Below are positions 32,104 through 43,403 of a stretch of 64,000 nt of DNA, in pieces. Made by a program: the position numbers and the translations under genes. Position 1 is the stretch's first letter. The number at the start of each line of letters is the position of its first letter. The notes beneath the pieces were generated by a model, which did not search any database, was not told the DNA's origin, and was given only the letters and a program-made list of their open reading frames with translations. The DNA is from Naegleria gruberi (lineage: Eukaryota). Location of the stretch: assembly GCA_000004985.1 (NCBI GenBank), contig GG738902.1, one strand, 5' to 3'.

Positions 32104-33834
32104 ATGCAAGAACGATCTTTGGTTTCCTTGCTCATCACTCAAGAGAACGAGAGAAACAAGCAACAAGCCAAGAAGAAAAAGATTAAAGCCCTGACCGAGG
32201 AAATTTCCTCTAAAATACAACAAATTAATTTATTGATGGAGGATGAATGTGATGAGCAATTTTGTTTGGATGATGATGATGGAAACACTTCTGATGATGG
32301 AGAAATTATTAAATTAAAGACTAGTCTTTTAAATTGGAAGAAATCTGTAAATAGTAAACTTGAACAAGATCCTAAAGGATTGGCCATAGTCGGTGGTGAA
32401 AATTATTACCAAGCTAGAGATACAATATTCGAATTGGATGAATGTAGAATGATTTTGAGAAAGGAAGTTATTAGAGCAATTTTTAAAAAAGTACCACCAG
32501 AATTGCTCCGTAATATTTTCCTGTTTATAGATCCTATTGATATCTATCAATCTGTAAGTCAGGTTTCAAGAGAATGGTTGACCATTTGTGAGAATTTGCA
32601 ATTTTCTGCGAATTTGGTTCAGAAAATTCCAGTTTTAAGATTGAACTTGAAAAAATTTTGTGATTCTCCACTAGTTGGACGAACCTTGACTAAACTAGAT
32701 CTTTCATACAATGATATCCATAATGAAGACATTAAAGCAATTACACAGAGCAAGGAGTTAAAAAATCTTACTTCACTAATTCTATGCAACGAATCATTGA
32801 CTGCCAAGGGTGCCGAATACATTGCCAAGAGTAAAATCTTGTCAAATCTAACTGAACTAGATTTGGATTTTAATTATTTAGACGATGAAGGAGTAGAGTA
32901 TATCGCAAATAGTCATTATATGTCCAAGTTGACTTCTTTGAAAGTTGGTGATAGTGGATTAACTTCTCAATCCATTAGTGCGGTTTGTTCAAAGCTCAAA
33001 CTGAAAACATTTGGAGTTTATCTTAATGAATGTTTGTCCGAGGGTATAAAGCCAATATGTGAAAGTTCAAAATTGTCTAAGCTCACTGATCTTAGCATTG
33101 GATGTAATATTATTGAAGACAAGGGCATGAAAATTTTTGTGAACAGTAATAACATTGCAAATCTTACCAGACTTGACGTTTCATGCAATATAATGACAGA
33201 TATAAGTTTGATTTTGTTATCTAACTGTAATAAGCTATCTAATTTGACCGATTTAGACATTGGTGAAAATGATTTTACTATCAAAGGAATGAAATCATTT
33301 TGTGAAAGCAAGTATATTACAAAGTTAGTCACTTTGAAAGCTAAGGACTTGAAGTTTGGAAATGCTGGTATGCTGATGTTGGGCTCCTCTTCTAATATGA
33401 AAAACCTGACACATTTGAGCTTGCAATCAAATGCATTGACTGAAGATGGACTGAAAGTATTCTCTCAATCAAAAACATTTGAAAACCTGAAGTATCTTGA
33501 TATGTATGGTAATCCTTGCAGTTCGGGAATAAGACATATTTTACAATCCAAATTTTTACCCAATTTGACCTATCTGAATGCCTCATCATGTTCCATTGGC
33601 AATGATATTTTATCCAAGCATTTCAACTCTATAGAACTTCCTAAACTCAAAACATTAGAATTGGAACTTAATAAGATTTCATCAGAGGGAGTCAAATTTA
33701 TTGCCAAACACAAGAAATTATCCAAAGTAGATAGAATATATCTTGGAAATAATTCGTTAGATCCAAAATATGAAAGATTTTTCTCCATGTATCCTTTCAT
33801 TCGTATGGATAGAAATTGGGATGTTGTTATATAG
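32104..33834 (+). CDS. F-box / leucine-rich-repeat (RNI-like) protein
   Basis: The F-box is PPELLRNIFLFIDPIDIYQSVSQVSREWLTIC. It is followed by about 14 repeats of about 26 aa of the type ...LTxLxLxxNxIxxxGxxxIAxSxxLxN.... Confidence 0.65.
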   Translation: MQERSLVSLLITQENERNKQQAKKKKIKALTEEISSKIQQINLLMEDECDEQFCLDDDDGNTSDDGEIIKLKTSLLNWKKSVNSKLEQDPKGLAIVGGENYYQARDTIFELDECRMILRKEVIRAIFKKVPPELLRNIFLFIDPIDIYQSVSQVSREWLTICENLQFSANLVQKIPVLRLNLKKFCDSPLVGRTLTKLDLSYNDIHNEDIKAITQSKELKNLTSLILCNESLTAKGAEYIAKSKILSNLTELDLDFNYLDDEGVEYIANSHYMSKLTSLKVGDSGLTSQSISAVCSKLKLKTFGVYLNECLSEGIKPICESSKLSKLTDLSIGCNIIEDKGMKIFVNSNNIANLTRLDVSCNIMTDISLILLSNCNKLSNLTDLDIGENDFTIKGMKSFCESKYITKLVTLKAKDLKFGNAGMLMLGSSSNMKNLTHLSLQSNALTEDGLKVFSQSKTFENLKYLDMYGNPCSSGIRHILQSKFLPNLTYLNASSCSIGNDILSKHFNSIELPKLKTLELELNKISSEGVKFIAKHKKLSKVDRIYLGNNSLDPKYERFFSMYPFIRMDRNWDVVI

Positions 33835-33987
33835 GCCTACTTCTCTCATCAACAAAAATAATGCCCATAGAAATACATAGAAATATCTTTTTTTCTTGTT
33901 GGAAATAGAGCTGTATTGTATAATACGGAATTGTAAGATTGGTTTAAAATCCAAGATATAAGAAGAATAACGGAAAGGTGATGAAAA

Positions 33988-34014
33988 GTTTCCCGCCACA
34001 ACACTTTGCGCCCT
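33988..34014. promoter_or_regulatory. E2F-like site TTTCCCGCCAC (plus a weaker TTTGCGCCC) 55-80 bp upstream of the coiled-coil gene ATG
   Basis: It matches the TTTSSCGC consensus and stands out as GC-rich in an AT-rich promoter. Confidence 0.35.
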
Positions 34015-34068
34015 TAATTTTCATAAACGACCGTTTAAAATGATTAAGAAAATCATCTTTAAAAAAAT

Positions 34069-37000
34069 ATGTCGACCACCACTAGGAAGCCATTGCAAGA
34101 CATTTCCAATAAGGTACACCTTGTGAAGTCTACTACTAGCCAATCCACTAGTAGTCAGATGAAGAGTAAAGCTAAGGAAATGATACCTGTAAAACAATCA
34201 AAGAGCTCTAGGATGTTTGATATCAGGGCCAACAATAACAAATACGATACTCCGGAACGTGATAATGATATGGATTATGGTTCTCCAACATCGATTGGTT
34301 CCTTGGAAGAGGAATTTGGGGAATTGTCTGATTTAAGGGAGTTTTATGATGAAGTCTCATCAGACATTAACGAAAAAATTGTAAAGTCTCTTGAAAGAGA
34401 AAAGGAAAAGAATACACGATTAGAGTTACAAAGCGAGAGGGATAGAGCTCAAATTATAGAACTCCAACAAGAAAAGAACAAGCTATCACGCACTATTGAA
34501 CAACTAAAAAAACCTGCAAAGGTTGAAAAGCCAGAAATTGATTTTAATGGGCAAGTTAATCAACTAAATGAAAAGATTTCCAAATTGGAAAAGAAGGTTG
34601 AAATTGAAACTCAACAAAAAGAAAGACTATCTAACTTGTTAAAAACTAAGGAACAAGCACTCTCTAAAATTAAAGAAGAAAACGATAAGGCAGTAACAAA
34701 AGGGCCAATAGAGGAAAAGTGCTCTAGAAAACTCCAAGATCAAATCAAAATCAAGGAAGAAAAGATTGAGCGTATGAGTAAGGAAATTGAAAAGGAAAAG
34801 AACACAAAACAAGAATATGAAAACCTTATTCAAGGGCTTCAAGAAGTTTCAGACAATCTGAGAATGAAATTATCTGCCTCCAACGAAGAAATTGAAACTT
34901 CCAACAAGCTGATCGAGATTTTGGATGCCAAGCTCAAGATTGCCAACGATAGATGTAAGGACTTGGATGAGCGATTGAAAAAAGGAGAAGAAAAGAGAGA
35001 AGAGGAAAGTTCAGAACTGTTAGCACTCAGAGAAGAGATGTCACATTTATGTGATTCAGTGTTGAAGGAAAAGCAGGAATCAGAGAGAAAGACTCAACAA
35101 CTCAATCACATCCAAGCAGCTAAAGAAAAATATGAAAATGAATATACAAGAACTTGCACCAAGCTGAAAGAAAAAGAGGAAGAAACTGAAGAACTCAAAA
35201 AGGTTATTGAAAGGCTTGAACAACAAATCGAACAAATGGGCCACGATATTGATGATTCTTCAAAGGAACTTGAAGAAATCGAGAATAACTTTAGAACAAG
35301 GCTTACTGACGCAGAAGAACAACTTGCTGAAAAAGAGGAAGAAATACAGTCCATGAAAGTGAAGGAAGAAAGAACAATGGAACAATTAAAAGAGCTTGAT
35401 GTATTTGTAGAGAGAACTAAACGAAAGATTGACAAGGAGAAAGAAAAGACCAAAGACTCTGAAGAAAGAGCCAATGCAGAATATGAAAAGGCCCTTCAAA
35501 TGATTGAAAGAAACAATGCTTTGATGAGAAAGTTAGAAGCTGTAACAAGAGCAAACCATTCCTTGGAGGAAGAAGTCAAGGAAAAGGAAGACTTAATGTT
35601 AAGATTCAAGAACTATATCGAAGATGTTGAAAATAAGCTCCACAATAAGGAAGATGAATGTAGTCAAACAGTATCCAGATTAAACTCAACATATGAAGAG
35701 TTACAAAAGGAGAAGGCAAAATCAGACAGATCATGGAAAGAGCTTGAGGAGACTGTCAAAATGCTCCATCAAATCCAAGCTGAGAAGGAAGTTTTGGAAA
35801 AGAAGAGCAGCCACTCAAAGGAAGTATTGGAAATGAAGATGAATAATAAGATTTCCATGTTAGAAAAGAAGTGTGACTACCTCAAACGTTTGCATGAAAT
35901 GAATGGAGCAAGTGAAAGCGATCAAATCAAGGAAATGGAAGGGTACATTGAAAGATTAACAAAGGAAAATGAAAAATCAGGTGAAGCTGTTTCTCAACTA
36001 GAGATTACCCTTTCCGAAAAGGAATCTGAAATTTCAGTCTTGCAAGAAAAGGTAAGACAATTAGAAGATCTCCTCAACAATCAAAATCAATTACATTCAG
36101 CAAATCTTAAACCTAATGATCTCAAGAAGAGACTCATGACTGTTGAAAAATCCATGGATGAAATAATTATTGACCTTTCTATTGAAGGAATAACTTTGAG
36201 TCAACTTAATCCAAGAGAAAAAGCTGTTGTCATTCTAGAAAAGTTTACTGACATCAAGAAGGAGTGTCAATCTTTGGCTAGTATTAAGGATCAATATAGC
36301 GCAGAATTACAAAGACTTCGTGAAGCCAAAGCAAATTCTGAACGCCAAATGATCTCCCTCAGAGATGCTCTAACCAACGAAGTTGTTGAGAGAAACGAAG
36401 GGTGTATTACCGATCTCACTGACAGTTGTACCTTCCTTTACAATACTCTCACAGATGCTATTGAACAAAGAGAACTAGAAGATGCAAATATTCCACTGAG
36501 TTCTGAACTCTTGGATGAATTGTTGGAATCTGTTCTCTCTATTCAAGTTAACTTGAAGAAAGTTAGTAACCATTTGAATCAAGTTGATACTCTTCAACAA
36601 GTGATGGATTCTCAAAATGTATTTAATAAGGACTTTGTTTCTTTATGTGGGGAATTGGAAAACAGAGTAAGATCATTAATAGAAGAAAGAGATACTTTGC
36701 TAACTGCTCAATTCCAATTAAAGGACAAGGAAAAAGGAATCTCGAATGGTGTAAAGAAAAAGCTTGACAAGTTAATGTATAAGAATGTTATGATTCAAAC
36801 AAGTTCACAAACTCAATCTGCAGAGGGTGAAACCCAAACAGTGGAAAGTGGAGTTGGTTGTGAAGCAGAACAAGATCAACCAACCAACGCAGAAAGAGAA
36901 CAAAACACTCACACAGAGCAAGAACATGAGAGCCTTAAGAATAAGTATCAAAAGCTTTTGGCTACCTGTCACAAGTATAAGAAGCTCATGCTTAAATTTA

Positions 37001-37467
37001 CTCAACTCCACACCAAAGAAAAAACCAATGTCAGACAATCCATCCCAAGAGTGACCAATCAATCGAATATTTCACAACAAGATTCTATTCACAATGAAGA
37101 TGAAACTCATCAAGATCAATATGAAGAAGAACAAAATGAGGTGGTTGACCATGATGATTATCAAGACAATTACCAAGATAATTATCAAGAAAATGTTCCA
37201 GTCATTCGTGCCTCTCTTCACCACCCACTTTCATTTGATAAGGAAAATACCACACCAAAATCAACAAGACATAACCAATCAAATGGTGACAGTAGTGATA
37301 ATAGCCCTTCCAATGCCTCTGTTTCATCTGTAAGATCTGTCTCTACAACATTGAGTGTAGCATCTGAAAGAAGTTCCTTCTCTACCATTTCCTCCAAATT
37401 TAGAAAAAATCAAGCTCCAAACTCTTACCTTTCCAGTCATATGTCAGTAAGAAACAGACTCAAATAA
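34069..37467 (+). CDS. Large coiled-coil protein (1132 aa, E/K/L-rich heptads) with disordered S/Q/D-rich termini
   Basis: A continuous ORF from an ATG. The central stretch of about 850 aa has a strong heptad periodicity. There is no motor or other catalytic domain. Confidence 0.55.
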   Translation: MSTTTRKPLQDISNKVHLVKSTTSQSTSSQMKSKAKEMIPVKQSKSSRMFDIRANNNKYDTPERDNDMDYGSPTSIGSLEEEFGELSDLREFYDEVSSDINEKIVKSLEREKEKNTRLELQSERDRAQIIELQQEKNKLSRTIEQLKKPAKVEKPEIDFNGQVNQLNEKISKLEKKVEIETQQKERLSNLLKTKEQALSKIKEENDKAVTKGPIEEKCSRKLQDQIKIKEEKIERMSKEIEKEKNTKQEYENLIQGLQEVSDNLRMKLSASNEEIETSNKLIEILDAKLKIANDRCKDLDERLKKGEEKREEESSELLALREEMSHLCDSVLKEKQESERKTQQLNHIQAAKEKYENEYTRTCTKLKEKEEETEELKKVIERLEQQIEQMGHDIDDSSKELEEIENNFRTRLTDAEEQLAEKEEEIQSMKVKEERTMEQLKELDVFVERTKRKIDKEKEKTKDSEERANAEYEKALQMIERNNALMRKLEAVTRANHSLEEEVKEKEDLMLRFKNYIEDVENKLHNKEDECSQTVSRLNSTYEELQKEKAKSDRSWKELEETVKMLHQIQAEKEVLEKKSSHSKEVLEMKMNNKISMLEKKCDYLKRLHEMNGASESDQIKEMEGYIERLTKENEKSGEAVSQLEITLSEKESEISVLQEKVRQLEDLLNNQNQLHSANLKPNDLKKRLMTVEKSMDEIIIDLSIEGITLSQLNPREKAVVILEKFTDIKKECQSLASIKDQYSAELQRLREAKANSERQMISLRDALTNEVVERNEGCITDLTDSCTFLYNTLTDAIEQRELEDANIPLSSELLDELLESVLSIQVNLKKVSNHLNQVDTLQQVMDSQNVFNKDFVSLCGELENRVRSLIEERDTLLTAQFQLKDKEKGISNGVKKKLDKLMYKNVMIQTSSQTQSAEGETQTVESGVGCEAEQDQPTNAEREQNTHTEQEHESLKNKYQKLLATCHKYKKLMLKFTQLHTKEKTNVRQSIPRVTNQSNISQQDSIHNEDETHQDQYEEEQNEVVDHDDYQDNYQDNYQENVPVIRASLHHPLSFDKENTTPKSTRHNQSNGDSSDNSPSNASVSSVRSVSTTLSVASERSSFSTISSKFRKNQAPNSYLSSHMSVRNRLK

Positions 37468-37529
37468 GAATGATTCTCCAAATTACTGAACATAAATTGT
37501 AAATCAAAATAAACTTAAAATAAAAAAAA

Positions 37530-38297
37530 ATGAAAAACGAGTATTCTGCTATTTGTGAAATTTTCCAGAAAGATTTTATTGTTCACATTCTGCAATCTAA
37601 ACTGTTAGCAAGGAAGGATCCAATGTCTTTGGGAACATCTAATGGAAATCAATTGTTGTACAGATATTTATTCCGACATGTTGAACCGAATTTTGGAAAA
37701 ATTAAATCATCACCAATTTCATCCTCCGAATTATTGGATGATAATTTCGAAATTGGACAAACAAATAGCAGAGACACTGTACTAACAAGTTTATCACGAG
37801 CCGAATATGAAATAATAATTTCTAAATTCTTAAAATTACAACATTTTCTCGCAAAGGAAAATATTAATCCTTTGACCTTACTCAAAACCATGGAAGTAAC
37901 AACAGAGGAAGAACAAGCCAAACAAAATCATTTGCAAAATATTTACAATTTCATGAAGGATAAGTTGGAAGAGGCTTTTATTGATTCTATGAGTGAATAC
38001 TACTTGTTGGATGAAAATCAAGTGGACAAGTTGTGGAGATTTGGTCTATTAGAGTATATTCTCATTGGATCCATGTCTGCATTCCAAGCCAATAGACTTA
38101 CCGGTATCATTGATGAAATTGTACAAGGACAAGTTCCTAACACATTTCCAGAGACCTTAGATCTTACTGATGCAAATAATCAAATTGTAGATGTAAAGAA
38201 AACACCAACTCAAATCTATGTAACTCCAAAATTCGAAAAGGAAACTTGGAATTGGCAAGTTGAAGACGAAACTGAAAGAAAATCAAAAAAAGATTAA
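37530..38297 (+). CDS. Hypothetical protein (255 aa)
   Basis: An intact ORF from an ATG, with no recognisable motif. Confidence 0.35.
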   Translation: MKNEYSAICEIFQKDFIVHILQSKLLARKDPMSLGTSNGNQLLYRYLFRHVEPNFGKIKSSPISSSELLDDNFEIGQTNSRDTVLTSLSRAEYEIIISKFLKLQHFLAKENINPLTLLKTMEVTTEEEQAKQNHLQNIYNFMKDKLEEAFIDSMSEYYLLDENQVDKLWRFGLLEYILIGSMSAFQANRLTGIIDEIVQGQVPNTFPETLDLTDANNQIVDVKKTPTQIYVTPKFEKETWNWQVEDETERKSKKD

Positions 38298-38317
38298 TAT
38301 TTTTGTTTTTATTGAAA

Positions 38318-39430
38318 TTATGAGTATAACTTGATCAACTCATCAGAAACTCCACTCGGTGTCATGATACCAAAATCTGTGAAAAGCATAGTAATATACT
38401 TTGGTGGAGTGAAATCACTTGTTGGATTACTGATTTGAATAGAGTCTGATTCCAATACTGATTCATCCTCAAATCCTAAAGCTGGAATCATCTTGAATTC
38501 TGGCTTATTAATATAATAAATCCATCCCTTTTCTTCAAGTTCAAGAATATCTTTTTGGTTAACTGGATATTGTCTAGCAAATCTAAATCTTTCAGCAGCA
38601 ACATAGAATGGTTTCTTGTGTTCCTTTGCCAAAATTGCAGCTTGATATGTACCAATCTTATTAATAATACCACCACTTTCAACAACACCTTCAGCACCAG
38701 TCAAAACAAAGTCAAGATCATGACTGGACATGTGATAAGCAATACTGGCATCAGTAATAATAGTAACTGGAATATTACAACTTGAAAGAGCCTTTGCAAG
38801 ACGATAACCACTTCCATCTGGTCTACCTTCTGGAACGAGAACACTCTTAAAACGATAAGCACTTTGTTGCATATATGTAGCAATACCAGTTAACACACTA
38901 ATAACAGTTTCACTATATCCACCAACAATCATCACTTTCATATTATCTCTACTAAAGAATGGTCTAAATAATTCTGTAATACGTTCCTTAGCTTGAGCAC
39001 TGACAAGTTGAATTTCGTTTCCTCTTTCTGTTAATCTCTTTCTACAAGCTTTGAAATCTGTAATTTCCTCTGTTAATCTTCTTGTAACAAAACGTCTATA
39101 TAATTCACAAGCAGATCGGAGAGGAATACTAGATTGGAAGAAGAGTGGGAAATCCTTCAATTCATGTCTAGCACATTTAAGTATTTCTTCTGTTGCATGA
39201 TCAAGTTCGTTTGCCATTTCCATGATTGTTGATGATTTACTATGTTCAACAACACTTGTTAAAAGTGAAATACCAACAACTGCTAAATCAGTAGTATTAT
39301 TCTTAATCAATTCACGTAATTTACTCTTAATATCAACACATAATTCGAAAGTTTGTGGAAAAGGTGAAGAACTTCCTGTTGGAGTCAATGGTGATTCTAC
39401 AATTATTCCGACATTTAATTTCCAAATCAT
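38318..39430 (-). CDS. EIF2B1: Translation initiation factor eIF2B subunit alpha
   Basis: TGAEGVVESGGIINKIGTYQAAILAKEHKKPFYVAAERFRFARQYPVNQKDI, together with the C-terminus ITMLFTDFGIMTPSGVSDELIKLY, matches the eIF2B-alpha signature almost residue for residue. Confidence 0.8.
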   Translation of the reverse strand: MIWKLNVGIIVESPLTPTGSSSPFPQTFELCVDIKSKLRELIKNNTTDLAVVGISLLTSVVEHSKSSTIMEMANELDHATEEILKCARHELKDFPLFFQSSIPLRSACELYRRFVTRRLTEEITDFKACRKRLTERGNEIQLVSAQAKERITELFRPFFSRDNMKVMIVGGYSETVISVLTGIATYMQQSAYRFKSVLVPEGRPDGSGYRLAKALSSCNIPVTIITDASIAYHMSSHDLDFVLTGAEGVVESGGIINKIGTYQAAILAKEHKKPFYVAAERFRFARQYPVNQKDILELEEKGWIYYINKPEFKMIPALGFEDESVLESDSIQISNPTSDFTPPKYITMLFTDFGIMTPSGVSDELIKLYS

Positions 39431-39829
39431 CGTCCAATATTAATATTAATAATAATAATAAATAATCATCATCACAATTTTTCATCATCCATCATCATAA
39501 ATATTGACACAATCATCATCAAGAATAACAACAATATTAAATCCTTCCGCAACCAAATTCAAACTCTTCTCTTACCTTCTTCAATATTTACTTCACTTCT
39601 TGCGCTTCTCATTTTTTTATTTTCGTTTTATTTTAAAAATAAATTTTTCTATGAATAATTTAAATCAATTTTTGGAAGCATTTCGAAATTGTTGTGTTTT
39701 TATTATTACTGAAAGAATTAATATCATCACACATTTGAATTTCAGAATGGAGAAGTTATCCAGCCAGTAGAGATTATTTTGAAAATTTTCGTGGAGCTTT
39801 TTTCATGAGAGAATTAAGAGAGCTTTCGT

Positions 39830-41181
39830 TTAACATATTGAGAGAGTGGCTTCTCCTTGTATTCCTCTTGTGCTGACAATTATGGCATGCTTTGGAGTGA
39901 GTGTAGGAGACCATTCACAGACAGCCATAAACAGTTGTTGTAAAACTTCATCATCTCTTTGCAGTATTATATTAAAGGAAAGGTAGCAGTCAAGAATATT
40001 TCCAGTTACTTTGCCCTTCTGTGAGCCATTCTCAAAGGTTCCTTGTACGTATTTGGTATTTTCTTTAAATTTAAGAGTGAAGACATCTCCACCAGCAATA
40101 CTCAACTTCCAATCTTGTTTTCTTAATAATAATAAGGAATTCTTCTCATATTCAAAATCAAATGTATCATAATTAATCTTGATGAGCTTGTTATTGATGT
40201 CCACCACATTGAAATTTTTGAATTGTCTTTGATTGACATTTTCAGAACTACAGAAACCACTTCTATTGATTGAATCACACCAAACTCCATGAATGGCAAC
40301 GTCTATATTTGCTCCCTTATCTTCTCTCATATTGTATTTGTAATTCTTTTCCTGTGTCCACAATTCCTCTTTACCTTGGCCTTCTCTCTTTTTCTTGGCC
40401 TTATAAACAATTTTTCTACCCAAAACATTTGTAATGAGATCTGTTGAGGTATGCCAAATCTGAAAAATTGAAATATATAAACCCCATGATATTCCAAAAT
40501 AAATGTAGTTATCAGAATCGGGAGCATCAATTGCAAAACATTTTCCTGTAAAGAACTCAATATTGTACAACTTGGCTTTCTTAAGAGATGACTCAACCCA
40601 TGAAAAATCACCCAAATCATAGGAGCCATAGTAATCTACAATTGATCTCATACTTTCATAAGCAGTAATATCAGTTTTCAAAATATAAGTGTAAGACTGA
40701 GCAACTACTTTATGAGTTCCACAATTGTAAAATCTTAAACCAGCCATTTTACCATCAACTATTTGCCATCAGATGATCATTAGTCCAATAATAAACAAAG
40801 AAACATACCAAAAACTGATCGGATCAATTTTTTGTAACTAATATCTTTCATACTAATATTCATCATAGATGTTTTTGATATACTAGTTTTTCCCAACAAG
40901 GAACTCTTCCAAACACTTTCAAAATGTTTATCGGTTAACATTTGTAATTGCCAATCAGGAAAGATACGATAAAACTTTTCCTTCCAACACTCATTGTCAT
41001 CCAACATTATTCTTGCTCTTTTACATAACAAAAACAATGAAAGAACATCAGATACTCCAATAAATGGAAAAATTGAGTGTTTAATCAATTCGGGTGGCAA
41101 AACATTTAACCAATTAACGCGTGATTCATTAGAATCAAGTTGTGGCATTTTTTTTGAGGTTTTTTTAAACAAGTTCACCAC
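39830..41181 (-). CDS. F-box-like protein with a conserved C-terminal domain. Two exons: complement(join(39830..40758,40809..41181)).
   Basis: The N-terminus has LPPELIKHSIFPFIGVSDVLSLFLLCKRAR (F-box-like). The donor is ttt g|GTATGT and the acceptor aatAG, a 50-nt intron. The frame joins ...RSVFG|VDGKMAGLRFYNCGTH..., merging track ORFs 40780..41181 and 39830..40747. Confidence 0.5.
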
Positions 41182-41382
41182 TTTGGAAATGATTAAGCTA
41201 TTTACAATCTAAAAAAACTTCAAATTGATTAGTAGTTGGGACGGTGCAAAACACATGAAAAACACTGTAGTTGGTTCAAGTTGAAAAATGTGTTTGGATT
41301 CTTTTTTTTGAAATGGAATGAACACACAACAATTTGGAACTTTAATAGTGATTGTTGAAGGTACACTACGGAAAAAGAGAAT

Positions 41383-43192
41383 TTAATAGAGGGTAGTGTT
41401 TGGTCTTGGATTTGGAAGAACACCTTTCGATTCAAAATATGTGACCATTTGTTTAGGTATTTCGGCTAAGACTTCTGAGGCCAATTCTGTTAAATTAGAG
41501 CATTTTGAAAAGCTCACAAATTGAACAATGTCTCTGGTCATCTTCTTTCCATTGCTGTGGACGAGTGGTTCATCATCTGCGTCGAATTTTCTACAACTAG
41601 GGAATCTACTATCACCAACACCAACAATGATAATTGAAATTGGTTTGTCATTGGCCTCAACGATTGAATCTATTGTGCCTTGCATGTCAAATGCATCACC
41701 ATCAATAATTAACAATAAAATATTGTAGAATTGTTGGTGTTGAGTTATTGGAGGAGTTTTTTCTACAACGTGTTCAATTACACGATAAAAGTCATCACCA
41801 CGATATGCCTTTCCAGTTTTTGGATTGGTAGCAGAGCCCATATCTCCAAAACTTAATTTTGGAACTGCCTTAACGTAAGCATCCAGAATTTCTTCAGCTC
41901 CACACAATTCTTCCTTATCAGAAAGTGAAAGGTTAAACATTGGGTGCATTTTGGATTCCTTCTCTATAGTAGCACCGTATCCATAAGCTTCCAATAATTG
42001 GTGTAAAACGATTGTAGATTGTATAGTACTTACCGCCATACATCTTGTCAGAATCGTAAGGCTCCAAAATATGCAATACTTGCTCAAGAGCTTGTTGATA
42101 ATCATTCTTGTTTTTGGCGTTCAAATGGTGGAGGGAATAGGGATAAGTGTAAGTACCGTTTGATGCTGTAAAGTCAATTCCAACTGATACTGAAATATTA
42201 CATCCTCCAAACAGATAATCCAAAAATTCAGTTTGTCTGTTTTCCTTTCGTGCAATTGTTGATTCATATATTTCATGGATAGGATTGGGAATTGGAACTT
42301 GTACCACATCAATAGCACATAAAGAAAACTCAAATATTCCAGAATTTTTGTACTTCTTCTTCTTTAGTTGTATGGTTGGCTCAATCAAGTCAAATTGCTT
42401 TACCTTGTTATTCAATACTTGATCTAGAGTGAACCTGAACTCTCCTATCAAATCATCTTTAGAAAATTTGTCCTTATCAAAGCATTTTACAAATATTTCC
42501 TTTTGATAATCGTTATTGAACTCATCAAGATTGATTTTGAATGGTAACCAAGACGGGTTCAATGTCTTGCAGATAACTTCACTAGTATAGAGAGGGACTC
42601 TTCTTCCAGCCACATCCTTCTCAAAATAAAAATATGGATCTGATTTTCCAAGTAAATCCTTCTTGTCTAACCCAATTCCTCTACATTCGAATGAAATAAT
42701 TTTCATTTCCGAGTTAACAGTTAATGGTATCTCAGAATGTAAACCATTCAATTCATCCAAGCTCATATTTGCAAATCGGATCATCATGGCATTCTTTTCA
42801 GCCTCAACAACATCTACATTCGAATCAGATTGTCTCACCACCTTCTCAACATGAACAAAAACTTCACCTTTAACTTCTCCACTCTTCAAAACCAAATCTA
42901 ATTTTAATTTACCATCTCTAGCACAAACAGCTTGTGATAGAGTAAATTCTTTGGTCTTTCCAATAAGTCTATTACTATTTCCTGTATCTTCATCAAATAT
43001 TTCAATATATAATTTCTGCACACACTCAAAGTAATAATGAACACTAAACTTGGTTTTGAATACTGGGTTATGATTATTCTGAATAGTTTCAGTTGAACCG
43101 AGACATGAAAAATCAGTTGATATCAAAGTTTGTGAATTTTCCTGTGGGCCACTATAGTAAAGCTTTGCAAACGGATCACTCTTAGAGTACAT
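41383..43192 (-). CDS. Copine (two C2 domains plus a vWA-like domain). Two exons: complement(join(41383..41987,42034..43192)).
   Basis: Two N-terminal C2 domains and a copine-specific vWA-type A domain. The junction reads ...YDSDKMYG|AYGYGAT..., as in the human copine DKMFPAFGFGAK. The intron is GTAAGT...gaAG, 46 nt. Confidence 0.8.
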
Positions 43193-43403
43193 CCATTCGT
43201 ACCAAATTACTACATGATAGGTAAATATCGACCGATTCTCTGTAGTTCATACTTTGTCAAAGTAATGTTTGTTAGGAAGACGTGTGGTCGATTTTTTTTT
43301 TGCTTTGTTTGATCGAATCCCAAAATGTAAACTACCTGAAGAATTAGGAAAACTTGCTCAATTTAAAAAAAAATCAAACACAAAAAAATACAACAGACCT
43401 GTT

